Below are positions 13,290 through 26,696 of a DNA stretch of 64,000 nucleotides, in pieces (positions within the stretch are counted from its first letter, which is position 1; every line of letters starts with the position of its first letter). The translations under genes were made by a program, and so were the position numbers. The stretch is from Lama guanicoe (taxonomy: Eukaryota), in contig MU054220.1 in assembly GCA_013239625.1 (NCBI GenBank), positions 4,093,374 through 4,157,373 on the forward strand. The letters run 5' to 3'. The notes below the pieces were generated by a model that saw only the letters and a list, made by a program, of their open reading frames with translations, ran no database searches and was not told where the DNA came from.

Positions 13290-13600
13290 GCTCGCTGCTG
13301 GTGGCTATTTTAAGCCCTCATAATTACTTGAAGTGAGTAACACTGATTAAGGTTTTACGAGAAATGAGAAAATTCCTCTCCAGCCCTTCCACATTGGCTC
13401 CAAACCACCTCAGAGCCACTTTATTAACTCACCCAGCCTGGAACCAGCCTCGTCTGGCATGATGTGGATTTATTTTTCCATTGGGTCGCTGCCCTATGTT
13501 GGCTTCTCTCTAATAACCGGCCTGTCAGCTTTGCCATCACAGACAAACCCATCCCTGGTGGGAGCCGGCTCCTTTCGCCGAGCTGGGGTGGCTATGACTC
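13290..13600. promoter_or_regulatory. Candidate enhancer (repeat-free, homeodomain/HOX13 motif cluster)
   Basis: MEF2-like CTATTTTAAG 13305, TAATTA 13321, TTTTACGAG (HOX13 CTCGTAAAA on the minus strand) 13353-13361, TTTATTA, TGTCAG; no repeat recognised. Confidence 0.45.
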
Positions 13601-13834
13601 CCTTGGCTTTGAGAACTGAGGGCCATCTGGCTCTCCAGGTGGGCACAGCTGGCCCGATGCCCGTGCTTGTCATATACACACACTAGTCCATCCAATGAAC
13701 ACGACTAGCCCCACTTCCTGCCATCACCTATTGGTGGCATACATGTCCATCCATATCCTTGCCTCTCACCTCTCCCCATCCCTCCCCACATGCACACCTG
13801 CTTCATGCAAAAACTCACCGATATTCCTTAAAAA

Positions 13835-14290
13835 TGGATTTGAGCACCTATTGTTTGCCAGGCTCTGTAAAACACTGAGGAATCAGGCATAAGCCATCAG
13901 TGCGGCTATAGACCTTATAATCCTGTTACAAGGTGCAACGACTTCAGTGGTAAAGAAAGATGTGAACAATGTGCCTTGGTGTATGAAATGAGTAACTTGG
14001 TTCAATGGAGAAATCTTGGAAGGCTCCAGGGAGGAGGTGGCTTTGTGATGAGGATGACAGATGGGGAAACATTTCACAGGTGGAGGGTGATGGTTATTGT
14101 TTACTAAGCACTTGCCATGTCTCAGGCATTGTGCTAAGCACTTGGATGCATCCTCTCGTCTCATTTTTATAATGGTCATAGGAAAGAGATATTATCCCTG
14201 TCCCCATTTTAAATTAGGAAAAATTGAGGCTTAGAGAGCTTAAACAGCTTGCCCAACACCACAGAGACCCAAGGGGGGAATGGGAATGCA
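13835..14290 (-). mobile_element. L2 fragment followed by MIR
   Basis: ttgagcacctattgtttgccagg...ggaaggctccagggaggaggtggc; then ccccattttaaattaggaaaaattgaggcttagagag. Confidence 0.7.
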
Positions 14291-14374
14291 GCATTCTTAA
14301 ATTAGACATGTCATGCCTCAGAAGGAGAAGAGGGAAGGTCTTCTGAGAACCCATCCTTGTCCCATCCTCCCAAC

Positions 14375-14512
14375 TCCATTTTCAATGACACCAGGTTGGC
14401 TGAAATCAGCTATGGTGGGAGTATTTACACCACAAAAATGGGCAAATGCTACAAATTAGAGATTTTTTTATTTTATTTTTTCTGTATTGCTGGTTGACCA
14501 GCACACGACATG
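14375..14512. mobile_element. MER63-like hAT-Blackjack end fragment
   Basis: cagctatggtgggagtatttacaccacaaaaatgggcaaatgctacaaat...ccagcacac. Confidence 0.75.
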
Positions 14513-15130
14513 CATATGAAGTGTCATGAGAGAAGGCACAAGAATCTATGGTAATAAGCTGGAACATAGGGTTCTGGGGGAAAATGCAGTGGAAGAGGAG
14601 ACTGAAAGATATAATGGGGCAAAGCAAAGAAGCTTGGACTTTAAACTTAAAGGCACTGGGGAGCCACAGAAAGTTGTTGAGCAGGGGAGAGATGTAGTCA
14701 GATTTGTGCTTTGGAAGGGCCACTCTGTGGATGGATGGAGAGGGAAGGCTGTTGAGACAGAGGGCTGGTAAGGAGGCATGTCCATTTCCTAAGGCTTTAA
14801 GGCTTCTGTAACTCCTCTACCTGACAGGAAAGGTTACCAGCTCAGGGTAAAAGCCCGTAGCATCACATCAAATCCAGAAGGTCCTTAGTCATCTCCCCTT
14901 GACTGTCTGAAGCAAGTTTCAGCCTTTCCAATTTCACTACCTCCTGGGAAGACTGGGCCCAAAGTGGAGTGTCCTGAGGCTCATATCCTTATCACTGTCT
15001 CCACCAAACCCTCCCTTGTGCTCTCTCTTCTCTTCATGCTGCCTGATACATCACAAAAACCAGGACCCGTCAGAGCAGGGCCACCCTTTGTCCATCCTTG
15101 TAACCCCCAGAACACAGTTACGAGTCTGAG

Positions 15131-15280
15131 AATGGATGGATAATGGATGGATGGATGAATGGGTGGGTGGGCAGGTGGATGGACGGATGAATGGATGGGT
15201 GAATGTTTGGATGGCTGATGGATGGATGGCTGATGGGTGGGTGAATGCAAGAAGGGAAAAATAATGAGTGAGTGGATGAA
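15131..15280. repeat. Degenerate (TGGA)n / (TGGG)n simple repeat
   Basis: atggatggataatggatggatggatgaatgggtgggtgg... Confidence 0.9.
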
Positions 15281-16079
15281 CTTCCTGTCCCAGTAGAGCT
15301 CTTGGGAAGAGCAATATGGATGCTGAGGAAGGGCAGGAGGTCAAGGAGGAGCCGAGAACATAGGCAAAGCCAGCAGGCTAATAGCCATGAGATGAATGGA
15401 GAAAAACAAATCTGAAAAGAGAGACTCTGACAAACACAGCTTTCCAAGGGACCAAGAGGAGCCTGTTAATGAGCCTGTGTCTCTTGTCGCGTCCTCGTAA
15501 ACCCAGCTGGTTTCCTGTCTTGAGGCTGGTGTAACCCAGGGCGAGGAATGTCTGCCATACTCTGGGGGTGTGTGGCCTCTTTTCTGGTGGGCAAGTGGGT
15601 TGGCACTGGGATGTGCCTGACGCGACTTGGTTAACCACGAGGGTGTCTCCCCTTTGGGACTGTCTCCCTCATTCACACAGTCCTCCCCAACACCCACAAA
15701 TAGGGAATGGGACGAGGTTTTCCTAGGCTCTTTGACTAAGAGGGTAAACCTTCCTGACAACGTGAGCACTTAGCAAATTCCTCAGCTTCTCTGGGACTCA
15801 ATCTCGCAGCTATGAAATGTAGAGAAGACCTAACCCCCTCCGTCCCCCACCCCCCCTTGGAGAGCAGTTCTGATCAAGTGGGAGAAGAGATGGGAAAGCA
15901 CTGTACAAACTGTAAAGTGCTGCGCTAGCATGAGGTATCAGGACAACCGCTGTTATTCTATGTCTTCCCGGACTGCGAGGGCTTTGGGGACGGAGGAGAG
16001 GACAGAGGCAGTCAGGGACCACCTAAACACTGGCCACAAAAATCACTGCTTTTCTCCATCAGGCACCCTGCGCTCTCCC

Positions 16080-17212
16080 AACAGCAGCAAGGTCAATTAT
16101 TCGATAACAGAAAGACTTCCCCTGCTCTCAGGCTGAAGCTCCACCTCCTTAACTCAGCTTGTAAAGTCTGTCATGATCAGCTGCCATGGACCTTGAAGCT
16201 TCCTTACTCGCCACCTCCCTGACCTTGAATCCAATAAAAACCACAGCCACCATTGACTTTCTCTGTGCCAGGCAAGAGATGACATAAACGTATCTTATTT
16301 AAACTCTCTTTTTTCCCCCACCTTGTCCTTGAATAACTGACTTTTCTTCCTTTTGAGACTTGGCTTAAATGTCTGCTCCTTGGAGATGCCATCTAACCCT
16401 AGCCAAAGTAAGTTCCACTTGTTATCACTCCCGCAGCACCCTGTTGTTTCCCACTTAGTCTGAGTTGCCATCTGTAATTCTGTTACTGTTTACTTGTGCA
16501 CTTATGATCTCTTTTTCCAGGGGGAACATAAGCTTCAGGAAGCTGTTTCTCAGCACACAGCCTGGGGCCTAACACCAAGGAGGAACGCAACATCTGTTTG
16601 TTAAATGAGTGAACAGCATCTCTCTGATAGAGGTACCACCACCATCATCCCGTTCTCAGATCAAAAAAGAACTGAGGCTCAGAGAATTCAGTCCTTTGCT
16701 GAAGGTCACACAGCTAATAAGTAGTAAATATTCTAGATGACATTTCCTCCTGGTGGTTTGTCCTCAGGAGAGGATGAGTTTCATAGAGAGAAGTGGACTC
16801 TCCCACCACCAAGAATATAATCTAAAGTCCCTTCAGTGGCTAGAAAGCTCTGTCAACCTTTCCCACCTCCTTCTTGCTCTGCCCAGTCACACTTGTTCTT
16901 CCTAAACTGCAGCAAGTACATTCTGCCTCGGGGCCTTTGCACATGATAGTTCCTCTCCCGGGAATGCTTGCCCAGACACACAGGGCTGTAATCAGCTGCT
17001 GTTTTATCAAACAGTTCCCAGACCACCTGCAATATAAAGCAGCAGCCTTGCTCTCATGCTTTATCTTCTTCCTTGCACTTCTCCCTACTGTTCCAAGAAG
17101 GCAAGGACTTGGCTTTTCCATTTTGCTCACTGCTAAGTATTTCCTGTACATAGCCTGTGCCTGGCTCATCATAACGGTTTAGTAAATGTGTAATGAATGA
17201 ATCAATGAACAA
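16080..17212 (+). mobile_element. Two L2 3' fragments with an antisense MIR (about 16630-16730) between them
   Basis: tgtttgttaaatgagtgaa and gggcctttgcacatgatagttcc...aatgaatgaatcaatgaa tails; gaactgaggctcagagaa. Confidence 0.7.
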
Positions 17213-17791
17213 ATAAGCTGACTCAGGAGTGGGTGGCCAGATGAGACCAGGCTGATGGATGATGTAGGGAGAAGCTATCAGAAGGGTTAGGGTAGGAGTG
17301 GGCGCAGTATGCAAGATAAGAAGGCAGAGATGCAGACAGACCCAGGGACAGAAAAACCAGCAGAATTAGAGCTAACAGAATGTGGGGATCAGAATTTTCC
17401 CGATTCTTCTAGGCCTTCCTCTCCTATTTGGTAGTTGCCTGGCAAGTGGCTTAAAAGGCTGGGGATGCAAGAAAACCACTTTGGTGCCCAGTTATGGGAA
17501 GTGCCTGGGCTCAGACACTTGTGGGCCTCCTCTTGGTCCCAGCTAACCTCTAGAAGTGCAGAGGTCTTCTGAGGAGGGAGCAGAATGTGCCACCAACAGA
17601 GGTTTGCAAAATAGGCTCAGCCACATGGAATTCAGACAGAGAGTTAACATGGCCATTAGAACCCAGGTTGCTGAGGCCAGAAGAGCATGCTGTTTGGACT
17701 GCTGGGGGCATGCACAGGTGCCTTGAAGATCATCAAAGCTATTTCCCCGCCCCAGCAGAACTCTACCAAGAAGCACTTGAGGAATAATCCT

Positions 17792-18313
17792 TGTGGCAAA
17801 TGTGCCCTAAGGTGACTCCCCCACAAATCATGTCCTTCTATGACCCCCTCCCCTTGAGTGTGGAACAGAACCTGTGACCCTCTTCTAGTCAATAGAATGT
17901 GACAAAGGCAATGAGATGTCACTTCCATGGTTAACATATCTTTATAAACATCTCCATCTTGGCAGAGTACAGAAAGAGATGCCCTTGCAGGCTTTGAAGA
18001 AGTAAACTGCCACATTGTGTGAGGGCCACGTAGAAGGAATTGTGGGTGGCCTCTAAAAGCTGACAGCAGCCACAACCACAAGGAGATGAATTCTGTCAAC
18101 AATCTGAGTGCATTTGCACCTGCAGTCAAGCTCTTTCCCCAGTCAAGCTCCTGATGAGACTGCAGCCCCACGCAATACCTGGATTAAAGCCTGAGCAGAG
18201 GATTTAGCAAAGTTGTGCCTGGATTCACTGAAAATGTGAGATGATAAATGTGTGTGTGTATTTAAGCTACTAAGTGTGCAGTCATTGTTATGGAGGAATA
18301 GAAAACCAATAGA
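17792..18313 (+). mobile_element. MaLR solo LTR, MLT1E-like
   Basis: tgtggcaaatg...gagatgaattctgtcaacaatctgagtg...tttaagctactaagt...aatagaaaaccaataga; flanks ATCCT / ATCCC (4/5 TSD). Confidence 0.85.
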
Positions 18314-18559
18314 ATCCCATTTTAACAGATCTCTAAGGAAGGCAACCCCATGCACTGCCCTTTCATCTTCAAAATTTCATAACGCTCTGCTCTGTACTCG
18401 TTTCATGAGTATTCATTTCTACCATGGGGGACAAGACACCATTGAATTTTCATCTATAACTAGCCATGTTGAGAATAAAGAATTCAGATTTTCCCCTGGG
18501 AAACTTTAATTTAATTGAGAGAGAAAGATAGAGTTGTCCAGGTGAAAACTTGAATTTTA

Positions 18560-18924
18560 TATACATAAGGGGAAGTATGCTGGTATCTTCTTGGAAAGTT
18601 TTTCTCTCCCTGGTAGGAGCCAGGTTAGCAAGAAGAAAGATTCTTGCATTCTTGCTTTTGAATATGTTAAAAATGCAAAAGCCACTAAAGCCCTCTTGCC
18701 ACCATGAGGCAATAAGCCTAGAGACAAAACTCCATCACAGTACTAACAGGAGAATGATAAAAATCTGGTCTTTGATGACACTATCTAGCTCTTACACCAA
18801 ACTTAGACATTTTCACTTTCAGGTTCTTTTCCCTTGTGGGAGGTGATTAAGTGTCTTTATTGCTGAAGTTACTGTTAGGTGTGCATTCCATTACTTGCAG
18901 GTGAAAGCATTCCGAACAGAGACA
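18560..18924 (+). mobile_element. MaLR LTR, MLT1J/I-like 3' part
   Basis: cttgccaccatgagg...ggtctttgatgacac...ttacttgcaggtgaaagcattccgaacagagaca. Confidence 0.7.
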
Positions 18925-20139
18925 CAGTGTCATAGGTGGGCCACTCTAAAGGGCAGGGGAAAGTCCGGGCAAGGAAATCTCTGCTAGAATCACAGGAAGC
19001 AGAGGGGGACAGGTTCCTCCAGGGGAAAAGAAAAGGTGTCACCAGCAAAAGAGGAGATAAAAATATGCTGACCCTGCCACCGACTTATCCCACCACACCT
19101 CCCCAAAAGAAGCTTCTTGGGGTATGAGTTACCTATAGTGAAAGAGAGAGTCTAGAAAGAAGAGCAAGTCTGTGTCCCAGGTTATGACCTGGAAGGGAGA
19201 CATAGTCCCTCCAGCTGGCTCTTGTCCCTCATCCCCAACCCACGAAGGGCCTCAGTGACCACAGCTGAGGCCTTCCCTACTGGAAGTACCTGCAGTATCT
19301 CACTGTGCCCACCTGGACAGCAAAGGCCCAGAAAGTGGGATACTTGCGTTTCAAGTCTTAGCTTTGCTGTTTGCTAGCTGTGGTCTTGGACAAATTGGCA
19401 GGGCTCAGTTTTTCTGCCTATACAATGGGCATACCCTATAGAGAGCAGCTGAAGTAGTAGTAAATAAGTAGGTTAAGCAACAGAACCTATCTGGCCTTGT
19501 CAGAGCTCCGGAAAGGAGTACTATTATTACTCATTTCCAAGAGACTGTCTAGTTCTGAAGGTCAATGACCTTGACATTTCAAGTGAAGTCCTGGGCTCAA
19601 TGACAACCCCAGGGCTCTCTCTTACAACAGAACAGACAGGCTCCCTCTGCCATCTTGGTTCAGTGGCCCAGCTCATGCCGCTGGATGATGCCTCAGCCCA
19701 TGGGTTTATTTTTCCAGCTGTGAGAGCTGCTCTGTTTAATAGCTCCCATCCAGCTTCCCTCTGTGATTGAACTTGAGAAAGTATGTTTGCTTAGCACCCA
19801 CAACGTTCCAGCTCCCATAAAACACAGAGAGTGCACGAGGTCTGCTCAGAGGGATCTTGCTCACTCCTAAAATTGAGCTGGACAATCATAATTTTGGTTT
19901 AACCAAAAGAACCGCAGGTTGCTCTCACCACATCCAACACCTTCTGAGGTCTCGCATCTCAGCATGGCCCTCCAGGCCCTCACCCCAGGCGGCTCTCTGG
20001 GGTGTGCTGGGTTTTGTATCTCAGCTACCATCTTGGACAATCAGAACTGCAGTTACAGGATGATGCAGCCCATTCCCAAACAGGGGCTCCCAAGCAGCCT
20101 TCACTTCTAACCCCTTTAGGTTTTCTCCGTCCTTCAGAC

Positions 20140-20375
20140 TCTTTCTGTCCTCTTCCTTTCTCTTCTTCTTCCTCTTTCTCTGATATCCCCTCTTCTCTCT
20201 CTTTCTCTGATATCCCCTCTTCTCTCTTTCTCTCTCTCTCACTCTCTCTCTGACTCATTCTCTCTCACTCACTATCTATCTGTATGACCATCTGTATCTT
20301 TCTCTTTACGTCTCTGTCTGTTTTTATCTCTCTCATGTTCTCTCCTATATCTCTATCTCCCTTATTTCCTCTCTC
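20140..20375. repeat. CT-rich low-complexity tract with a 27-bp tandem duplication
   Basis: tgatatcccctcttctct occurs at 20181 and 20208, 27 bp apart. Confidence 0.85.
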
Positions 20376-20704
20376 CACGGTGGGGCTCATACCCTCTGGC
20401 TTACACATGAGGCCCCATCCCCCTGCACTACCTTTTTAAGTGGCCTTCCCCAGTGGCCATATTTAACTAATGATAAGTAAGGACTAGGACTCATCCTCAA
20501 GCCACAGCCTTATCGTCACATGTTCTCACCTACTATGGAAAGGCACCTCCTGAAGAATTCTCTTCTATGTATTTCCCTTCCGACCTGGGAGCTGTGCTGC
20601 TGAAACAGTGTTGCTGAGTACCTCTGTACAGTCCACCCTATCACAACCAAACAAAAATTACATCAGTTCATGTGACTCATACCGAGAACCAGAAACACTT
20701 AGCT

Positions 20705-20960
20705 CAGCCTTTCCATTTTGCAGATAAGAATAAAACAGAAGTCTGAGAGGTGAGCCTTCATGATCCAGATCATACAGAAGAGTGATGTCAGCTATGTGAC
20801 TGACTGGAGAAGTGACAGAGCATCAGAGCCTCTGTTTCCTCATCTGTAAAATGGGGACAGCTGTTGTGAAGAAGAAATGAAACAATGCCTCTGCCCAACC
20901 TAGACCTGGCACACAGTGAGCCCTCACTGAGCATAAGCTATAATAATCATTGTGATTTGT
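20705..20960. mobile_element. Opposed MIR fragments
   Basis: ccattttgcagataagaa (minus) then gcctctgtttcctcatctgtaaaatgggga (plus). Confidence 0.75.
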
Positions 20961-22227
20961 ATTCTATCTATCAGGGATGGTAGAGCACAAGGTTCTGGCT
21001 TTTTCTCTGGTTTTGCAAACCAGAGCCATTTCTTCACCTGACTTAGTCCTCATCACCACCTCCTGCCTTCAGTTCACACCCTGAGACACTTCTCAGAGCT
21101 CCCCCACCCCACCCCACCATGGTTACTGCTTCTCCTGGACCAGAGTTCTGTTCAAAGGGTTTCCCCATCCATCCTGCCACAGACACAATAGCCTGTTCCC
21201 CCAGAGCCAACAGAAGAAAGCACAGGCAATAGATCAAATGTGGGCTGAATAGAAGACAGAGGAGACAGAATGAGGGGCAAGATGGGGCAGAAAAAATAAT
21301 GACTTGCATCAAAGTCTCTTCCCATAAACCCACAGCTCTTTGAAGCTCTATTTCCTTTAATTAAATGTACTATTATTAATGACCCAAGTGGAAGCTTTCT
21401 GAGTAGGACAATGCCTGGCTCCCCAAGGCCTCTGTGGGGCCTCATGCATGAGAAAGCACTCAGTGGCCAGCAATGACTCCACATGCCAAGTGCCAGTGGG
21501 CATGTCAAAAGGGTTTGGGAAGGGTGGTGACTGCACGAACGCCCGTGGGTGCCATTGGTATTTGGGGCTGCCTCTTGCTAATGAGGCTCTCAGGCTGAGG
21601 CTGGGGCCAGCAGAGACTGTACCACTGCAGTCCAGTGGTTCATCTATTCCACAGACATTTACTAAGCACCTATTATATGCCTTGCTGTGTGCAGTGTCGA
21701 AAGGGCAATTCAGACACAATTCCTGCCCTCATGAAGCTTGTAGTCAGAACAGAAGAGACCATTTTAAGAAGACAGGAGCCGGGCTGTTGAGAGGTCCCAC
21801 ACTCAAGACTTTATCTGAGACTTCATATTCCCCTGGGAAGCTCCACAACATTCCTGGCCACCTTCTACCATGATGATGCGCTCCCTCACTGAACTCTCTC
21901 AAGCTGTAGTCCAAACTTAAGGTCATGGAGTACTGGTCAGTTGCTGCAACATACCCTTGGCCATGCTCCCTTCTGCCCACCCCCATCCATTTCCAGCTAA
22001 AGGGATTGTCAAATCACTATCTCTTTGCCTTCTCTGTGGCCAGCTGACCTGGGGAAGTGACTCCCTCAGAGGGTAAGAGAATGTTTTTTTGGGAAGAGAT
22101 AATTTATGCATGCTAACTGTGGAAGGAATTTTGACCTAGTTAGCATCCATTCAAGGCAACACATCAGAAGATGGAGGCCCCAAGCCACCCAGCCTGCCTG
22201 CGACATACTGAAACCAAAGGGGGGACA

Positions 22228-23580
22228 TTTTTTTTAATATTATTTTTATTGAAGTATAGTCAGTTTACAATGTTGTGCCAGTTTCTGGTGTACAGCACAA
22301 TGCTTTGGTCATACATGAATAGACATATATTTGTTTTCATATATTTTTCACCATAAGTTACTACAAGATATCGAGTATAGTTTCCTGTGCTATACAGTGT
22401 GAACTTGTTGTTTATCTATTTTATATATATTAGTTAGTGTCTGCAAATCTCGAACTCCCAATTTATCCCTTCCCACCCCTTTCCCCTCTGGTAACCATAT
22501 GTTTGTTTTCTATGTCTGTGAGTCTGTTTCTATTTTATAAATAAGTTCATTTGTCTTTTTTTTTTTTAAGATTACACATGTAAGTTATATCATATGTTAT
22601 TTTTTTTCTCTTTCTGGTCNNNNNNNNNNNNNNNNNNNNNNNNNNNNNNNNNNNNNNNNNNNNNNNNNNNNNNNNNNNNNNNNNNNNNNNNNNNNNNNNN
22701 NNNNNNNNNNNNNNNNNNNNNNNNNNNNNNNNNNNNNNNNNNNNNNNNNNNNNNNNNNAGTCATCTGTAACATTTAGTTAGTTTCCATGTCTTGGCTATT
22801 GTAAATAGTGCTGCTATGAACACTGGGGTGCATGTATCTTTTTGAACTAAGGTTCCCTCTGGATATATGCCCAGGAGTGGGATTGCTGGATCATATGATA
22901 AGTCTATTTTTAGTTGTTTGACGAATCTGCATACTGTTTTCCATAATGGCTGTATCAAAGTACATTCCCACCAACAGTGTAGGTGGGTTCCCTTTTCTCT
23001 ACACTCTCTCCAGCGTTTATCATTTGTGAACTTTTGAATGATGGCCATTCTGACTGGTGTGAGTGATACCTCATTGTAGTTTTGATTTACATCTCTCTGA
23101 TACTTAGCGACATTGAGTATTTTTTCATGTGTTTATTGGCCATTTGTATGTCTTCACTGAAGAATTACTTGTTTGGGTCTTCTGCCTATTTTTGGATTGG
23201 GTTGTTTGTTTTTTTATTAAGTTGTATGAGCTATTCTATATTCTGGATATTAAGCCCTTGTCAGTCTCATCTTTTGCAAATATTTTCTCCCATTCCGTAG
23301 GTTGTCTTTTTGTTTTGCTTATGGTTTCCTTTGCTGTGCAAAGGCTTATAAGTTTAATTAGGTCCCATTTGTTTATTTTTGCTTTTATTTCTATTGCCTG
23401 GGTAGTCTGTCCTAGGAGAACATTGCTGAAATTTATGACAGATCATGTTTTGCCTGTTTTCTTCTAAAAATTTTATAGTGTCTTGTCTTATGTTTAAATC
23501 TTTAAGCCATTTTGAGTTTATTTTTGTGTATGGTGTGAGGGAGTATTCTAACTGCATTGATTTATATGCTGCTGTCCAGT
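22228..23580 (-). mobile_element. 5'-truncated artiodactyl-type LINE-1 (ORF2 C-terminus, 3' UTR and polyA), interrupted by an assembly gap
   Basis: ORF-track peptides [18 protein letters not shown] and [16 protein letters not shown]...[12 protein letters not shown]...FIAALFTIAKTWK are L1 ORF2; T-tract at 22228; candidate TSD aaaggggggacatttt (22216) / aaagaggggaaatttt (23581); ORF2 is broken into several frames. Confidence 0.95.
22620..22758. other. Assembly gap (139 N)
   Basis: Run of N inside the L1. Confidence 1.
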
Positions 23581-23789
23581 AAAGAGGGGAAATTTTCTGA
23601 CATCTGGTAGGTGCTCAGCCCAAGGGGACACACCAAGTGTCACATGAGACTCACATTTGGGCCAAGGGAAGAATCCCCACTGGGTGGTGGGAAGGGCTAG
23701 ACCAGGCCAAGGTGTAGTTTGCATCTGCCATCCCATGGGGCACTGGACAATCACACTTGCCTACTACAAGCACAGACCAGGGCCATGAG

Positions 23790-23900
23790 CCTGGCTTATC
23801 TCCAGTTACAGATGAGGAAACAGAGGCTCAGAGAACTCAGGTATCATGACAAGATCACACAGCAGATGATTGGCAGATCTTGGATCACAACTGTACAGGA
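23790..23900 (-). mobile_element. MIR fragment
   Basis: ttacagatgaggaaacagaggctcagaga...caagatcacacagc. Confidence 0.8.
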
Positions 23901-24054
23901 CTCCGAGCATGAGATGAAAAGGAAGATAAAGATTCTGCCCCCCCACCGCCCACTCCCTAGGGAATTGGGCCAGTCCCTGGAACCACCCTGGGTATCTGTT
24001 TCACCATCCGTAAACAGAGAGAACTGGACAGTGAGGGCTCCGTGGAAAGACTAG

Positions 24055-24185
24055 GTATTTGGGATTCCTCTGAATCACACTGAAATCTTTGAGTGTGTGT
24101 GAGTATGAGTAAGTTTCTGGAGAAAAGGACCATAACCTTCATCAGATTCTCCTAAAGGTGGGTGATCCAGGAAAGACTGAACTGG
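24055..24185. mobile_element. hAT-Charlie fragment (MER103-like)
   Basis: tttctggagaaaaggaccataaccttcatcagattctc. Confidence 0.5.
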
Positions 24186-24979
24186 GTGAACTCCATGTGT
24201 TCTTCATGGATGTCTTCCTGTGATTCTGAGTCCAAGGGTCTTTTCATTCCTTCATTCATGCAAACCTTTATCAAGCTCTGAATTCGTGTCAGGCCCAGAG
24301 GGGCCCTTCTGGTTCCCACATTCCCAGGAGGGCCTTAGGAGTGGGAAAAGGACATAAATGTGAGTGCCTCATATATTTCTTCAGTTGAGGGGCCCTCTCA
24401 CTGGCCCACACCAGGTCCCACCCCCACATTAATCACTTCTCCTGGGTCTTCCCCCTAAAGGCTCCTCCCTCCAGAGAAACCCTCCTCTTGCACTCCCACC
24501 CCTGTTCCCCGGCTTCTCCCTCTAAGATGTGCTCTCTGCGTGATGAACTGCAGGGATAGTAGGTGAACTGGTGTCTATCCCCGACCTGCCTGGTCCCAGG
24601 GGGCATTTGGAAATAATTAGTAACAGATCAGAGACCCCTCCCCAGCTCACTCATCCCATGTGGTGGGGGCTGCAGGGACAGAACAAAGTGATGAGATGAG
24701 AAGGGAGAGGATGGAGCAATGAGGCCCCCAGAAGGCCCCGCAGAGAGCCTTGATGTTCTGGTGGGGAATTTGGTCTCCAAGCTGTGGTCAAGAGGCGGAT
24801 TCCAGCCTGGTACAGCTAGCTCCGGTGACAGCCAGCAGCTCCCAGCCAATTTTCCATGACATCAGCAGCCAGCCTGGGCCGAGCTTGCTGGGTGGAGAGG
24901 TAGCTCTGCACGTCCCTTCCCTCCTGCCTACTGGGGTCCCCCGTGCTACAGTGGGATGGATGGTCCCAGGGGGTGTCCC

Positions 24980-25260
24980 CATAGGAAGCTGCCAGGAGCG
25001 CTTATAGCAGCCACCAGCTACCTCCAGATGGAAACAGCACAAACCTCCAACAGGGGAGAGATGACTTCTCATCCATCCATCCACACAATGAAGTGCTACC
25101 CAATAATTCAAAATGATGTCTCCAAGACATTTTTAGAGAAGTTGGGCTCCAGGCTAAGTGGAAGAAGAGCAGGGTGCAGAATGGCAGACACATGTGATCT
25201 CTTCTTAGACACATTTGCCTGTTACTAAGTTTGCATGCGAATTGTATTAAAAATCTTGCA
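24980..25260 (+). mobile_element. Highly decayed L1ME-type fragment (ORF2 end / 3' UTR)
   Basis: atggaaacagcacaaacctccaacagg...catccacacaatgaagtgctac...taagtggaagaagagcagg. Confidence 0.5.
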
Positions 25261-25264
25261 GGAC

Positions 25265-25970
25265 ACTGACAAGGCCCCGCATACTCTGACCCGGCTGCCC
25301 CTCCACCCTGACCTCACACTGCTCCTTTCTCCTTGCCCAGCTGCATTCGGACACAAAAGCTGGTCATCAGCACCTCAACACACCCAAACCTCCTTCTCCC
25401 CGAGTCCTTCCACTTTCTGCTTGACGTCCCTCCCTTTCCCTGCTCCCACCGCCACCACACTGCATCTTATTCTTCATCCTTCAGGGCAGAAATGCAACTT
25501 TCTCAGGGTGCCCTATTCTTTATGTTTATAACGTTCAGGGTAACACAAGATTATAAATTCATTAGCATATTATTTGGACCGTGTTTGCCCCCTACCCTCA
25601 CCCCAAAGAGGCTGTAAGTTCCCCCAGGGTAGGCAACATACTTGTTTTGTTCACCTCTGTATACTTAGTTTCTCAAACTGTACTTGGCACACAGTAAATG
25701 CTCAATAAATATTTATTGAACGACTGAATGGGTTTGACATTATAGTGGCTATCATGTATTCAGCAGTTAACATGGGCCAGGTGCTTTATATGCATTAACT
25801 CATGACATCCTCACAACCATTCCAAGATGCAGGCGCTATTGGTGAGCTAATGCCCCATTTTACAGATTGGAAAAAAGAGGAGTTAAGGAATTTGCCTTAA
25901 GTCATGTAATTAGCAAGAGTCATGATTTGAATTATGGCTGTTGGTCTGCAAAACTCATATTCTTAATCAG
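25265..25970. mobile_element. L2 3' end (plus) followed by MIR (minus)
   Basis: cttggcacacagtaaatgctcaataaatatttattgaa; then ccccattttacagattgg. Confidence 0.8.
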
Positions 25971-26696
25971 CCAGTTCCCCCAGGCTCTCCCAAGTGAACC
26001 AGGGAGGGGAGGCAAGACAGGAAGAAAATATGGCGACTTGGAGCCAGTGCGATCCCTGGGCGATGGGAGGGGCTTAGTGAGGTTGCTGTTTTCCACAATT
26101 GCGTGTATTTTACTTACAATCAGAGAGAACAAGCAGTACAATAGTATTTTTTCTAAATGCTCAGCAAGTAGCCCTGGATGGGACCCTAAAAATTCTCCTA
26201 GAACCCCCAGCAGCCCTCCAGTCATGACAAGCCAGTGTCTGAGCCCACCCACTTCGTGGGGCTGCCCAGGAGGCCAGCAATCATCAGGGAAGTTCCCACT
26301 GGAAGTGGAGGGTCCCTAGACCATCTGCATGGCCCTCACACTCGCCACCTCCTGACATTTCTCAGACTGAGAGAAAGGAGCCTGGCGAGGAGAAAGGTGC
26401 ACCTCTCCCTCACCTCCTCTCTCTCACCAACTCAGCTCCTCCTCCAGCCTTGACTCATGCCCTGCAGCCCCCCAGACTCGGGATGAGCAGCACAGCCCAC
26501 CCCAAAGATCTTGCACATGATCCCACTTTGCTTTATGCATCCCAAATGCTCTGTCCTTCGCTGGCAGGGTTTGCAGCAAATTATTGCTGGTGAAAACAGG
26601 AGGCTGGGGTTTAGAAACCAGATGAAGCTTTTACTTTTACTGGCTGTGGGGCCAGGGTGATTCCCAATAGGAAGCATCCTGTACAGACAAGCTCCA

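Noticed and set aside
14981..15447. HPSI-repeat ORFs
   Set aside because: Translation of the (TGGA)n repeat.
17656..18171. 171-aa ORF
   Set aside because: Mostly the antisense of an MLT1E-like LTR.
22761..23557. ORFs with clear protein similarity
   Set aside because: They are disrupted L1 ORF2 fragments, not a host gene.
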